Shown piece after piece: positions 43,264 to 60,501 of a DNA stretch of 64,000 bases. Source of the DNA: Ramazzottius varieornatus (lineage: Eukaryota > Animalia > Tardigrada); contig BDGG01000002.1 in NCBI GenBank assembly GCA_001949185.1, positions 8,851,990-8,915,989 on the forward strand, read 5' to 3'. Within the stretch, counting starts at the first letter, position 1. Every line of letters starts with the position of its first letter. The translations under genes were made by a program, and so were the position numbers. Below the pieces are notes generated by a model that saw only the letters and a program-made list of their open reading frames with translations, was not told the origin of the DNA and ran no database searches.

Positions 43264-43669
43264 CTGTATTACCTCCCAAAATTCATGTACGTCACAGCCA
43301 CCACTTTCTATACAGAGTTTGGGAGTCAACGGCAGGCATAACTAGCCACGTCAGCCTATTACGTCATCTCGGACTATGATATTTCCGAGATGGTTTAAAT
43401 TTTGCCGTCGATTCTAATCCTCGGGCGATTCTTCGTCTTTCTGATGTTTCAAATCACCAGGCGGAAATAACAAAACTAGGGAGAATTGAAAAGACTATTA
43501 TCGAACACAAAATCTGGTTTTTGAAGGAAGTCTTCGGCCGAACAGCTGATTTTCCGTTGACACAAGTGACGTCAATGACTTTAACGTCGGCAGGTTATCG
43601 CAAACGCAGCGTATACGTGTAAATAGAAATAGTGCTTGTGACGTACATGAATTTCGGGAGGTAATACAG
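43264..43669. mobile_element. MITE (TA target duplication) with TIRs related to 4303-4428
   Basis: TA-CTGTATTACCTCCCAAAATTCATGTACGTCAC ... GTGACGTACATGAATTTCGGGAGGTAATACAG-TA. Confidence 0.8.
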
Positions 43670-44525
43670 TACAGCACTGTTTGTCGAGCTCATACACACA
43701 AAGAACACTTTGAGGCGTACCGTACGGGGCGTTGTCAGGAATCAGACTGCTTGATGAAACTGGCGGTTCTCCTCACAGACTCACAGTTCCTTGCACTGTA
43801 CGATGACGACACCCTTGCTCCGACGAAGACTTGGGCAGATCGTGGTAAAGGTGGCTGTCTTGGAAAAAGCAGCTATGGCACAATGGCCATTAGTTTATTC
43901 ATTGCTACAAATGACCGCTCCAGAGCGGTCATACAGTGTACGACAAAATTAACCGTTAAAAATGGGCGTAAGAGTCCAGCTGAGCTAACTTACGACTCAG
44001 CCAACGAGAATTAGGTTTTGCTGCTTGCGCAAATTTCATTGGCTTTAACCATCTGGCTCCATACACCCATTTTTAACGGTCTATTTTGTCGTGCACTGTA
44101 TTGTCGCCAACCAGCCAGTTTAGGTGTTTTCAGACTATAACGGACACCAACCGATAACGAAGTTAAAGGAACAATATTTCGCCCTCCAACGCGTTTGATA
44201 GCCGCAAAGCACGATATGGTCACATTCGACTATGCGCTGTCGAGTCCAAAATACTTTATTCACCATTTCACTGTCATAAACTGAAGAGAGGTTCTAATAA
44301 ATTAGATTACATCTGACTGCGATATTGTAGTCAATAAGCCATCGTTTGTCAGTGACAAAAGCACAGCTGAAATGACCAAAACATCCAAAGCAACAAGCAA
44401 AAGGACCATGTGATAGATGGATGACACAATTACTACAACAGAGAAGAGGATGGCTAAAATTTAACTAAGACAGAAAGGGGATATGACATGATCAAGCCAA
44501 AGCATGGAGAAAAAGTATCAAGGGC

Positions 44526-46581
44526 TTACTGGGAGAAAGCGCCACTTTGTAAGAGCCTCTCCACTGCGGCATTAACATCTCCAAAGGTGGCTAATAACGC
44601 CTGAAGATTGGCTTGACGGTTAGTGAAGCCCATCTGTTGCAGCGTTTCCAGCTCGGCACGGAAGCGTTCTTCGGGTGGTGCAAGAGGGACTGCCGGTGGT
44701 ACAGCCGGGCCTTGGCCACGCAGCATGGACTGGAACATGTCGTTCAAGCCAGCTGCAGCAGCCGAGCCTCCACTGTTACCTAAAGGTGAAGCCACAGCCG
44801 CAGGAAAGGCGCCCATGGCCGCCGGGAACATGGAAGGGGCCAGCTCGTTCAAGGTGCGATAAGCCTCGTTGAGCTGGCTCAAAGCTTGCATGCCGCGCGG
44901 ATCGGAAATGACGCGCATATACTCGGGGTTCTGCGTCATCTGCATGGCTCGCTGCATCATGTCGGGGTTGGCCTGCATCTGCCTCATCATCTCCTCCATC
45001 CCCGCCATGCCACCTGGTCCGCTTCCGCCACCTCCACCTCCGCCCAGCATGGAAAAGGGGTTAGCACTGCCTCCTGCAAAAGCATCACCAGACATGTTAC
45101 AAGCTTTGCAGCCCCCATGATGCATCATGCTGTACCTGCAGCTGAAGGTGCTGAAGATCGTCCAGCGTTCGGCGCCCAGGGATTGGGTAGTGGTTGAGCA
45201 TTCTCAGCGCGAGGAGGCTCAGTGTGGCCCGCGCTGCCCCCATTGTTGGCTCCGGCGTTGGCCACGTTGCCATTACTCAGACTAGCAAAAGGGTTCTGGT
45301 TGGACATGGCACTGTACATGGGCTCTTGGTAGTCGTTGTAGAAGCGTTGCAGCGCGTTGAAGCCACCGGGTAAACTTTCCAAATTGCTCAGTGCGCGATC
45401 GTAATTGCGCATCATCTCCTGCATCATGGCTGGGTTGCGCATTACCTGCAAAGCACCACCCATATGCTCTCCTAACTATCTCGAGGCAATGCTGAACAAG
45501 ACACTCAGCATGCTTCCCGATATCCTGGTCGGAATGGCCAGCACTAGCACTCGCAGCCTGAGTCTGATACCTGCCTGACCACGTGGATACTGGATACATC
45601 TACCATGACATCACCTGACATGACATGCTTACATGGCATTACTAAACTTATAGTGCGGAGCCAGCACGTGACGTCATAGTCAAATACGCTTTCCAACAGC
45701 ACTGTGATGTAATAAGCCAAGCTGATCTATGACGTCATACGCGACCTTATCGCCGTTAAGGGGAAAAGACTTGCCTGCATGGCTTGGCGCATGACATCTG
45801 GGTTGTTGATGGCATGGGACAATTCGGGATGTCTTTCCATCAGATTCTGCATTTGCGGATTGTTAGACACGACGTTGCGGATGACATCGGGGTTGTTCAT
45901 CATGTTCTGGATGAGAGGATTGTCCAGCAGCTGGTCAAAGTTGGGAGGCAGGTTGGGCATGCCTGGAATAGCGCTGGTGGCGGATGGTGTCGTCCCTGGG
46001 CCCGGCCGAAGACCTGTCTCTCCAAAAACCTCTGGTCAGAAGTCAATGGCGCTTCTGAAGGCCGTACAAAGGAGGCCTTACCTGCGGCTGTCTGGCCGGC
46101 AGCAGGTGATGTGGAGGAGGGTGCGTTGGGGAGGGTGGCTGTGGCAGCGCGCTGTGGTGGCGCCCTGACAACCAAATGCACGGAATGTTCATTCTTCACA
46201 CCATAACTTCTGACGCTTTCTTCGTCCTTCATGATCTTCCCACCATAGACCAGACACAACCTTTCCGGTGTTTCATTGTACAGCTTACTCACTTCCTCCC
46301 GCAACTACAACAAGCACTACCATTTAATAGCTACAGTAGAAGAAGACAGCCAATTATAATCGGCAATCAAATGACAAAACATCCATCCGACAACCTACCG
46401 TCCTAACCATGGCATCCGCTTCAACCTGAACAGTCTTTTCCTGGTTAGGTGTCTTGATCTTCAGTGTCCAAAGAGAAGATAAGCTGGATGGAGGGTGGGC
46501 AGGGGAATCTGAGGAGGTCGATGCTTCCTTGGCTGTCTTGTCACCGTCCGTCTCCATCTTGTCTCCATCGGTATTAGACAT
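44526..46581 (-). CDS. UBQLN: Ubiquilin (UBL-STI1-UBA)
   Basis: UBL domain [28 protein letters not shown]; STI1 repeats ([43 protein letters not shown]); PLPNPW; UBA domain [31 protein letters not shown]. Confidence 0.95.
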
Positions 46582-47392
46582 CTTCCTCAACTATTCCTCA
46601 ACACTTTGTCCACCACAAAACACCTCGCAACAGTCGGATGGGATTAGAGTTTAGAACACAAGATAACCTGGACGAAATGTATGAAACGAAAAACGGGAAA
46701 ATAATGGAAAAAATCCAAATTAATTTTATATAGTGTGCAGCAGTGTCGGAAAAGTATCAATCAATGACACGTCACATTTTGGTTTTATATCGTGACCATC
46801 AGATACCGCACGGCCAACCATCGGTCTAGAAACGTCGACCACTGGACAACAACTGGAAGTAGCCAAGTACGAACAGAAGACTTCATCCTAAGAAGCTGCC
46901 TGGTTTCGTCTTTCCCCCAGACGTGGCCCAAAAGAAGAATCGGTAGTTGTTCGAGCTCATCTTCAATTATTCACAGTAAACTGGTCAGAAAGGAAAAAGA
47001 CGAACTTGTATTGTACATGACAGGGAAGTGCAAAAAAACATCGACGAGCTGCCGAATATGGCCCAGCTCGGCGTTGATTGGCTTGGATGCTGCCAGAGCC
47101 TACGGTTGATCAGTTGATGAACAGCACAAATAGTTTAGTGCAAGGCCATATTCAGCCGCTCGTCTCTGGCAAAAAGGCACAGTGGTAGGAACGACAGGGA
47201 CATCACAGACAAAAAAAGAGGGAAGAGCTGCTTCATATTATCAGATAAGTGACATGTTCATGGAAGTAAAACTAGAATCATTGCATGAGCAATGGCAGTA
47301 AAACAGCAAGAGTCTAAAGGCATCATAAATTAGGAATAAAGGTTTGGTAGGCACAGTGTCAATAATATCAAGCACCTTGGATCTAGTGCTGG

Positions 47393-50300
47393 TCAAGTCC
47401 ATACATAGGAAGGAAGATACTGCAAGCAGTCAAGAGAATGAGCCTTGATGGAGCAGAAGTTGCAAGCGTAAGGGAAGAGGCAACTTACACTCTCGCGTGT
47501 CCTAAAGGCCGGTGTTAGGTTTTGATCCTTGAGAAAGTCGAGGGACAAGTGGCACAAGTAACCCTCAATGTCCTTCAGGCGTTGGCGCGAAGCAACGGGG
47601 TCGGTCTGGTACAGGTACTGCTTCTTGCTCCATTCAAAGAGCTTGTCAAAGTTGGAGACATTGTCGGCCGGTAGACTGCCAAAGACCTCTTCGTAAATCT
47701 GCTCGTTCTTGTGGGCTCGGGCATTCCACAGATTGTGGAAGAGCTCGGGGGAGACAGGGTCACCCACCACGGCGTCAGAGTTCGCATCGTTCCAGATACC
47801 CAAACATATCCTATCAAGCAAGCATAGAAAGAGGCCTATATAGCTGGATGGAAAAAGCCCTGTTACAGTATGTTGAGGCTGCTTACTTCATGAGACGTCG
47901 GCGGAAGCGACCACAGAAGCGACCCGACTGGTATGCTTGCCCATCCATCTTGATACAGTCTGACACGTCAAACTCCAAGTCTCTGACCAGGACGCCCACT
48001 TCACTGTCCCGCGTACCCAACATCGATCGGTCATTTCTATTGAAGAGAGACAAGACATATTGAACAGAGTGCAGAGCGACAATGCTCTTCATCAGGCACT
48101 TGCATGTTGGCGGAAGCGATGATGGCGCAGACATCATCCACCTGTTGGCCAGGAAAGAGGCAAGGTCAGACAATCAGGACGTGAGAATGGTCAAAGAGAG
48201 AGAGAGAGAGAGAGCCCGACAGTAGGCGACGCCTTACAATCATCAGTTTGCTATGAACATAGATCAGTTCCGTCACCAGTTTGCCATCAATCTCCCCGTA
48301 AGTACGCATGCCATTAAAGGATAGGTATTCTTTGGGATCGGCACCAATTTGCTGTAAGCGCTCCATCAGCGATCTCCCACCTCGGCAGATGCTCTGCCAA
48401 AGACAAGAAAAGCCTGCCATCTGTGCCAAGTGTCAGCGGGCAGTAGGTAGGTAAGGCCTCAGTTCTTACCATGTAGTTCCAATGCGTTATGGCTTGGACA
48501 GCCGCGCCGGCGTCGGTCCCGTATTCACCTTCGATGCCCGGCTTCAAGGGCATCACCACATAGACCTGCAGGTTCACCAGCTCGCACTTGCCTCAATAAA
48601 GTCGTATATTATACAGAACAAGTTCCATACCCGAAACTTTTGTCCTTCTCTACCACAGAAAAGAAGAAGGGGTTGGGGGCATTGCTTTAGGTTGTGAAAG
48701 ATGTATGTGACTTACTGGAAGGCTTTCTTTATGCGCTGAAAAAGCGCTTCGCCAATTCCGTTGGACACTCCTGAGCGTCTGTCGCCGTCCAACGTGATGA
48801 AGAACTGATTCTACAGAGAGAGAGAAGAAAGGACCTAAAGGCACAAGTTCAGTACAGAGAAGAGACGCAGATAATGTCTTAGCCACTTCGATGTAGATAA
48901 AGTGGCGAGCGGCCTGGATGGAGGCAATGTAGGCTTGATGGATGGAGTCTTCGACCTTGCCTGGCTGTAAGCCGGCTGACCAGGTGCAGACGCTACGGAG
49001 AATTTGTACTCGACAATTGTGGGTGCCTTCCAGTGTCCGACGATCGACGGCACAGGTGTCGTAAGAGCGAGGGATCAGGTAGCTGTAATTGTCGTCCCGC
49101 CGATTCCTTTCCACCTAAAGTAAATCAATCATCGTTCAGGCCAAGCCGTCAACGATAGCTGTACCGGCTCTTCAACCTTGCAAGCGTTCCACCGTTGGAT
49201 GAAATGACGGGCCAGGTCCCGAGCGGCTTCCTCATAGACGACGGCACCGGCGTCGTGCCAGGGCATTCGTGGCACAGCATGTCGATCCAGCTGGTCTATA
49301 ACAAGCAAAGGACAGAGAGCAACTATCAATTGATCAGCCATACAGAGATACGACAATACTCATTTCAAAAGGCATCCAACCTTCATCTGGCCTTTCAACG
49401 GCACCCTTGACGAAGCCCTGACGAATCTCGTTACAGTAGTCTTTGCCAATCCATAGCCTACCTACATGCAAGAATTAGCCTTCAAGCACAGCAGGACGAC
49501 AGCGGATAGAAAGGAATGCTTGCTACAAGGTTGAACTTACCCGATTTAGTAATGTTCATCTTATCCAAATCAGCGTCCGTCTGTGGCTGCTCGTTCTCCG
49601 ACACTCGCCTTTCCCTGCAAAGTCATCTTCAACAAGACCATCCCCTTCCATGACTTCAGCCCACCATACGTGGAGAAATTCTTACGTGGACATGAGGACA
49701 CCGTCACTCTCTTCCTTGATGGTACTGCGCTTTGCCAGTCGCAGGGCATTTTGCAACTACAAGATAGAAAGGACAAGACACAGTCATACGACGCTATGGG
49801 CAAAGTCTGGACAAGAGAGAGCTGACCAGTTTGGTGCTCCGTCGAAACTTGGGGCTGTCGCCTTCATGCAACTCCTTGACTTGGTCTTTGCTCAGTCGAA
49901 TGCGGTCACGACCATAGGCCACTTCTTCCTCCTCTTCCACTGCCTGCAGCTCCTGCTCGTTGCGCACAATCTTGTGGCTCGAGCCCGACGGTGCTGACAC
50001 TGATCGTCGAGAGAAGGACTCTTTGAGGCTAGACTTGTCTTTGCGGCGAGCAGCTTCCACCACGGCCGATAGTCGGGACAGGGCGGGCCCCTCTTTTGCT
50101 CCTTTGGCCAGGGCGTTCTTAGTGGAGGTGCTACGATGCAAAGTGACCCGGCCATCGGGCTCGTCGCTAGCCTTGATGGAGGGGAAACGCTGGCCCAGCC
50201 GCCACTTGCCATCGCTAATCTCTTCCTTGGCTCGCGCGTCACGCCACCTGTCGCCTCTCCTCAATTCCACTTCTTCCGGGGCGGCGTCTTCCTTGGCGCC

Positions 50301-52890
50301 GCCGTACAGTAGTTCGGCAGCCGTGATGGAGTCCGGGTGAGCCCTGACGAGGCCATATCCACCTTCCAACGGAGCCTTCTGCTCATCGCTCTGATTAACC
50401 ACACGTACCAATGCAAACACTCTTCATCTTCCCCTAAGTTAGCTAAGACAGGGTGGCAAACGAGACGACGCACCTGAGACCAAGGGTTCTCCTGGTCCAA
50501 AGGACCTGCAAGAAAAAAGCGGCAACTATATTGAAGGACATCAAAAGCTGCCGTCCATTCCACGAATTGCGCATAGTACATTCAAGGAGCGGCAAGCAGC
50601 TCGGTCAAAAATTTATCTATAATGCCATACCTACGTCCGCCAGCCTGTACAAGTGGTCATCCCAGCGTCCAAAGCCTGCGGGAAAGAGAAGGTGACTGTA
50701 AGAAGGTAACTGCTTCTATTTGGGCCTTGCTGCTACCGCAAGTGTCGGCTTTACAGTTGGCAAGCAGGCAAACTACGACATTATCTACCGACTAACACAA
50801 ATCAATGCCGCCCAAAAAGCCAATCTTCTGGTCGATAATGACCGTCTTTTCGTGGTGCGACCTGCAGCAGATAGAAAGACATCGAAAGGAGGAGGAGAAG
50901 GTTCGGCGTGGCGCATACAAGCTATCCCGTGCGAGACATACCACAGCCAGACGTTAGCGCCAATGTGCTCAGGATGGCGCTGAACCTGTACAAGAAGCCA
51001 CAGGTGACAGCACAAAGTGACATGATGGTGACATGAGCCAGCCAACCTTGATGTTTGGATGACGACTGGTAAGGATGGCCTTGCTGTGGTACGAGTTGAT
51101 GGTCAAAGCCAGGGAGACCTCTCGATACAATAAGACGTAAATCTTGACACCAGCCTCCTACCAAAGCAAAATTTGACCTTGATGGTTAGAGGGAAAGTAT
51201 TGGGACAGTGCAGAAGTAAAATCAGCCGTGTATGGCTTACGGCACGCCTTTGCAGGATTCGATCCAGTCGCCATCGTTCGCCCTGGGTGATGGGTCGCTT
51301 CATGTAAATTTCCGGCGAGAGCCACCAGTCAGTGATGAAAATGTCCTCCTGGGCTTTCTCCAGCGCATCAGCCAGCGCCGACATGTAGGGCGCACCGTCG
51401 ATAAACCACTTGGCTGGAATGTCGTCCCGTAGCGGGTAGCTGGAACCGTGAGGGTGAGCGTGAATAAACTGTGCGCCTAACCAACACACAACGGGTCAGC
51501 TTACCTCGTCGTCTGATAATATGGAGGGCCACTTACCGCTGGTGGACAGGACATAGTTAAAGTACTTGAGCCAGTCGTCCAGGTCGCGTTGCGTACCAAA
51601 CTTGAGGACCAAGTCTCGGCTGGAGTTACGGACAATGAGCGACTTGTGGCGTATACTGTAGCGCGCGTCGTGCTCGATGCGCAAGTCCTGATCAATCAGC
51701 AGGACGTTGCCAATGCGCTTGGAGCTGCTACTCATGTAGGCGTAATACGTGTCCTTGACCAGGATCCACCTGCCAAACCTCCCCTTCATCTTAGCCCATT
51801 CAACTGACCACCTTGTTGAGCTTACCGTTCTTTCCAGCGGGAGAGGGCGTCACAGAAGGTGTTGTTACTGCTGCAACAGAGGGGAATGGTGACGCGCCCA
51901 CTCAACTTCTCCAACGGCATCTCCTTGCCCTTCTCCCCTAATTCACCCAGGAAGCTCAGCTCGCTAACTTCCAAGAAGCGCAGCGTCTCTGGATGCTCGC
52001 GCCATAAAGGCACGTTGAGCAACTCGCTAAAAAACTGCTCCACTTTCAACTACAAGAAGAAGCAAAGAGAAATTATTGCTCTAGAAGCCAACTTCAAGGC
52101 ACAGTCAATTCAAGTTCGCACTCGACGAGACTCCAATTGTTCCGGCGTGACAAAGACATCCATCCGCCGAGGAATATTGGGAACTCGCGGTTTCAGATTG
52201 GAAGTGAGATGGTCGCTGAAAAGACAGTAGAAATACTTCCTCGCAACCTTCCATAAAGTCAACGGAGTGTGGTCTCATGCTTACAGGTTGGTCTTGCGCG
52301 CTATGCGCATCGTCAAGGAGTGCAACTTTAGTCGACGGTGCAGATTGTGGATTTTGGCGTAACGACGACGGATGGTCCAATAGTAGCCGGCGTGCTGAAT
52401 CTCAATCTCGTAACTGCAAAGATAACCCCTGCGCTTATACTTGCTCCACTATCCCTGCCTAACTGCATCAAGGGTTGCTCACATGTGAGGATGGAATATC
52501 GGGTGCGTCGTCCTTTCAATGTCTAGACATCGACAAGTTGATGAAGACAGACGTATGTACTTTCGTACTAGTAGTGTAGCTATACAGCGAAGGCTAATTA
52601 ACAAGGCTTACTTGTAATGCGCACGTGCACCGGCTCATCTTCCTTGAAGACTCTCTTTCCCTGCAGCAAGCTGGGATATTCCTTGAAGGCCTGGAAGGGC
52701 AAGAAAATCAGATCTGAAAGAGCAAGACACAAACTGTAAGGCCAGCCTTCAGTAAAAGACCTGCATAATTATACTTTGAATGAAGCAAGCCACAAGTCTT
52801 ACTGGGTCCACTGCTGCTGTCCAACTGCATCTCGTCATCCAGCTCGTCCTCCTCCTCCTCGTCATACTCGGACTTCAACGTGTTATCCAT
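47393..52890 (-). CDS. Pld: Phospholipase D (PLD1/2-type, PX-PH-HKD-HKD)
   Basis: [80 protein letters not shown] and C-terminal LPSYVWT. The start codon is tentative. Confidence 0.93.
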
Positions 52891-54070
52891 CCTGTTGAGC
52901 GGTGATGTACAGCGTACAAAGCGAGGGCTACTTCCTCCCCAACTATCTCTTCATACAGACATCTTTCCGCCGACTCTGCAAAACAGGCCATCGTCCGCAG
53001 CGGGTCCGGCCATGTTCAAAACCCAACACTACAGACGCATTACCACTGGACGAAGGCAAGACTAGCTTAGGACCACCAAGGAGGCTACTGACCTGATGAC
53101 GATACTCCCCCCTCGGTGCAAGTATATATGATTTATGAAGCTGTAATCGGCTGTTTAGACCTGCTCAGCCGTAAATATTGATGAGTACCGACCACACATC
53201 TCCAGCCTGCCTCGGATACTTGCGTACTACGATGCTCCCTCCTCCTCCCTACTGCCAAAAGTTGTCAAAGATGGGAGTGAACAGGACCGTGGATCACATC
53301 AAGTGGGATTCGGGCTAGAATAATGCAAGAAGATGGAAATTTCTGAAGATGGAAAAGTCAGATAGCTTCGTACTCAATCAAATACGACAATCAATCAGCA
53401 TGGTTTGGCAGCCCTCTTGCTAGGAGGGTACGGCATGCCTCGGTTACCATTGCGTCACGGAACTGGCGGTGTAAGTACCAGCCACATGGCACGCAGAACC
53501 CTGTTGTCTGTTCGAACTTGTATCGCTTCTTCAAAGCGCCGCATTACGTCATGGTGTGCGTAAAATATCCCTGGCAAGTCGGCAAAGTTGTGAACTTGAT
53601 CCGGGGCTCCCGTTACGCGTACGACGAAGCGTACGGCACTCCACCGACGTCACAGTTCGCCAAATCTTGTTAGTCATCAACTTATTATAGTGGGTTGCTC
53701 TCGAGATCAGCTGTTCCCACGTCCTGATCGATATAGTCCGTCACTGCGTATCCGTCACTGTGTACTACATCGACACGTTGGCGCCAAGAAGATCCTGACA
53801 GATGCATATGTGTAATTATCGTGCCTGGAGCGGTAGAGCACCTTGCTGAGTCACTGTGACAGTGGACGAAGCGCACCTGATGGTGAGGAAGGCAGAGCAA
53901 GAAGTCAGGACATATGAGCCTTGATCAGCGCGTCAACGGAGAAAGGTAAGGTAATCGTGGCTGATCGTTCTGTTACGTTTTGTACGTCAAGTCTGGGGCT
54001 CTTGGGCTAGGTTGGCTGTAGCAAGACGTCAAGTCCACACCTTTTTATCGAGCAGAGATAAGGCGGACGA

Positions 54071-56305
<2,235 letters not shown>

Positions 56306-59300
56306 CCGTCCTTACTCTCTCTTTTTATGCCCCTACCTTCACTTCTGGTTGTAATTGCTCTGTTGTGATCTTATGGTTTCCGGTTTTTACTTTTTATCGA
56401 ACGAAGGAAAATTCAGACAGATGATATTATGGGACGGTTTTAGGAATGCTCAGCATTTGTTGTTAACTGCGATAAAATTTTGATGTCCGTCTATATAGTT
56501 TGTGCTTTGTTGGTCTTATACGCCTGTCTGATAGAAGCCTGACCATCTGTCCCATCGTTGACTATTTTCCAAAGTGTATTTTCTGCTCCAGTTACCTGCG
56601 AGACCCTACTACTACAAGTATTTGAAGTAATGGCAACACTGTCGAAGAAGCAGGTTTTTCGCACCAAAGCTGCGCATACCGGAAGTAATGTAAACAATCA
56701 TCTAATGTACTATAGTTCTTCTCACGACGGGGCGTGAAACGTGATTGATTGCATTGATCTTAGAAACGGATTACCAAATTTCACTGTCACGATAAGTAGC
56801 CCTCAAGTAGCTCATCTTGAAAACGGATCATTCTCTGCACACTTGCCTCAAAAATTCCATTTTCCATTTCTCAGCTGATTTCCGTTTCTAAAGTGTATTA
56901 CATCGTAAAATCCCGTTCCTCGCATGGGCTTCTCGATACCTGTCAGCGTCGAGGATATCGGGAAACAAAGAGCAGCCAAAAAGTAAAGACAGAAGTCGGA
57001 GCCCACTCAGAGACTGCCTACGAACCCACCCCGCGGGAACTCCCGTATTTCCGATCCTGTTTCCCAAACCAGCTTAGATTTCATCTCAGTGACGCTCGAT
57101 TTGAGTTGGTTAAGGTGAAAAAAAAAGTTCTGTCAGTTGTTTGTTTTCAACACAAGCATAAATTTGAGGCTAGTGGTGAGGAGAAGTTATGTGCTGCAAT
57201 CTGACAATTGTATGCAGTTCACCTAGCGGCGATCCGCATCTCTTGCATGGTACGTACTTGAGTTGATCCATTGAGATGGATGAAATCTGCAAGGAAGTGA
57301 CGACAAGGGACTGGCGAGCCTGTCGGGTATAGGTCCGCCGGTGTCGCCACCAGTCAGTCGTCGGATTTGCTCTTTCATAGTCGATCGCCGGATTAGAAGT
57401 AAGCGCACGCTACAGAGGGCGGCTCACTCTCCATCGGTTCTTGGCAATGGGATGGCTATAGCATTCTACGTGTACCAACCTACAAATCGGACTGTCAGGC
57501 AGCATGCAGTTACCCATCTTGACCTCTTCTTTTGTCTCCAATTCAAAGTGGATTGATATATTATTCACCAACTACCGACGAACCAAAGGCTCTACTGCGT
57601 TGACACGGTCACACCCATCTTTCTCGACCAATTTGAGGGGCACTGCAGCTACAGCCAGATCGACCTGATGGAAATGATTGGGCTCTTTGGAAGACGTTAT
57701 CCGGGATTTGTAACCGTGAAGGTTCGTGGTTTCATTGAAACCAGCTTTTCTCCTTTGTCTGACATATTAAACAGTTTAGGGTCTAGTACGTATTACGTAG
57801 TCATCCTGGTAGAGAAAGGTCTTTAATCCGAATTTACTGCTGGTTGCTTTTTTTTGACTTGCCAAGTATAACGTTAAGGGGATGCAATAAAGAGTTTAGT
57901 GCTCGTTGGGGGAACTTGGCGAGCAAACAAAATTTGGGGGGCCTGATCATGATCGTCATCCTTGAGAGGACGTCAGTGGATGGAGTTATAGCATCTTTAG
58001 CTCCTTGGGTCGTTAGCGTCTGTGCCATTTACTCAACAAGGAACAGCTGTTAATAAGAAGAGAAGTTAGTAACTTTGCCGGCGGCTGGCGATCAACCATA
58101 ACTGAAAGACACTGCGGCCCTGTCTGCTGAGTACCGCCGCGCCGATAGTGGGCCTGCCCAAGTTATAGCGCCCATGAAGCCCTAGTACGTCACAGCATTC
58201 CCTCCACGACGTCGGCAGCGCTCAAGAACTTGAAGCTCAACTGCAGCCTTGCAAATGACTCTTGGTGGATGAAGCTAGGCTCATTTGGACAACTGCAAGT
58301 CTTCACGTCGTTAAGGTGCTGCTGCTCAGCTGCCAGCTATAGGACAGGAACTACAGTGTGTACCATCTGCCTTGTAGCCTAGGACGTATCGTACAGTATC
58401 GTACGACAGCCAAGTACAGTAAGAAAAGGGAAGGACTGACCTAGCTGTCCAAAACGTTGGAGGGCCTTTTCGTACTTATGGCGGCTAGCTGTGTATTTGT
58501 TGAGCTTGTCATACTCAGTTTCACATCATTGATCCGTCAGCGCATTCATTCAGGCCACGATTATATCCGCCTTACTTCCCTTTTCTTTGTCTTTGCTGGC
58601 CGGCAAATATGGATGATCAGCATCAAGGGCTTCTGCGCACTGCGCCTCATCACTGAAGCGGGGATGTGGCTGAGGTCTTCCGGCTATCGGGCCATGTACC
58701 ACGTCTTTTGCTATCTCACTCGATCACCGTTCGTGCAAACAAGACGGTGACATCTCTCCCGTGCAGAAAAGCCCGTTTAGATTAAGTCTATTAATCAGCC
58801 GGCACTGCCTGCTGCTGGGCTATATGCTAAGTGATTGATGGTCTTTAGCAGTCCTCCATTGATTCCATCACTGTTTTCCATCCAGTGTCGAGCATCGACG
58901 GGACGTCAATAATTACTATTCCCTACAACGCCTTTGTACTACTGCACCATGTAATCCTTCAGCCTTGCAAGTGTCAACCTAACCTTTCCGCGCCCTATTT
59001 ATTCCCATGAATTTCCGCGTCAAAAAATGTTGTCGAAAGGAGCGCTTGACAATATAGCTGCAGCCTACAAGACCGCAAGGAAAGTTGAGCCTTCTCTACC
59101 GCAGAAAGCCGTGCAATCCAGAAAATTAAGCATCTCATTTGCTTCTCTGTGGAAGTTGGGGCGCAAGTTGTCCATTGACTGTGAGTACAGTCCAACAAAG
59201 TGTGGATTGCATGTTGGTGTGGCCAAGTAGTTGGCAGCTCGTGTGAGGCTGTGTGTCTGGCCGGAGGAAGGAAGATTAAAGTGGATAAAAGGGCCCATGA

Positions 59301-59438
59301 ATAGAGGAGGAAAGGCAATTAAGGCGCTATAGATGCCCCTTCTCCAAGGCGAAGATGCTAATTGACATGAAATCCACCACAGCTTTACCAAGAGCCAACG
59401 TCTTCAACCTAGCAGCCCAACTATTACCATAAAGCCAC

Positions 59439-60501
59439 ATGGATCTTGCTGCTGCTCCCTTGGCCGATACTACGGCGGCCATCCCGCCATCGCCCAACAA
59501 TCCCATGCCGCATAATTCCACCTTGATGCTCAACGGCAGCGGACCCATCACAATTTATATGAGCACCACCGAGGCTGTCATTGCCTCAGTCTTGTGGTCC
59601 TTGATTATCTTGTGCGCCATCGTCGGCAACGTCATGGTCATCTTTGCCATCTTCAAGTCTCCGGCGCTGTATATTGTGCAAAACTTCTTACTGGTCTCCC
59701 TCGCCGTAGCCGATATCCTGGTAAGTCTCCGCCAACCCCAAAGGGATGTCCAACGCTGTTATATATACCTTGTCACAATTTTTGACGCCGAAAAGTCAGC
59801 TTTGGAGCGGTAGCGAGACTTGTTGGTATGCTGAGCAAGCTTTTGATGTAGAGGAAGGGGATGTAGTATGGCAGATCTTGATGGACAGGGCAACACGCTG
59901 ACTGGCACCTCAATCAAGACCCAATCATTGTTGTGCGGCAGAGCTGTCTTCTGTCTGCTGTTCACCACTGATCAAGTATCCTTTCGCTTCATTGTTATCC
60001 TCCCACTAATTGAGTTAGTCCGCCACTTCTCTGGCTGCATAGTCTCATCCAGACAAACTTCCCCCTAAATTTGCCACCTTCCACTTCGGCAGCTTTGCTA
60101 TTGATTCGCATAGGTCCACACTTCCACAATCGCACTTTTCTTCAAGGCCAAATACATTCGGTCAGCCAAAAGAATATTAAGCGTGCAGTATGGGACGTAG
60201 TACAGAACTATCAGAAGTTTCGGTTAGTCTTAAGAGCAACACATACACGAACGTAGCAAATATTTCACCTGGAAGGAGAGGTCTTCTCCGACAGCATAAT
60301 TAATGTTGTGCCTTTTGCCTTCAATAAATGGGTGACTTTATGTGTTGCGTAGGTGGCAGTGCTGGTGATGCCCTTTTCCCTGACCAGTACCCTGATGGGA
60401 CAATGGATCTTTGGTCGGGGTTTCTGCCTTTTCCATGTGACATGCGACGTCCTCTTATGCACAGCCTCCATCCTGCACTTGGTGGCCATCGCGCTGGATA
60501 G
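59439..60501 (+). CDS. Biogenic-amine class A GPCR, exons 1-2 only (TM1-TM3); the gene continues beyond this point
   Basis: Exons 59439-59720 and 60353-60501: GNVMVI...[24 protein letters not shown]...GQWIFG..FC....[21 protein letters not shown], with the TM3 amine-binding Asp. Subtype (tyramine/octopamine/5-HT1/alpha2-like) cannot be resolved from this fragment. Confidence 0.9.

Noticed and set aside
56306-59438. Short ORFs between ERK and the GPCR
   Set aside because: No domain motifs or coherent splice pattern; likely regulatory or UTR sequence.
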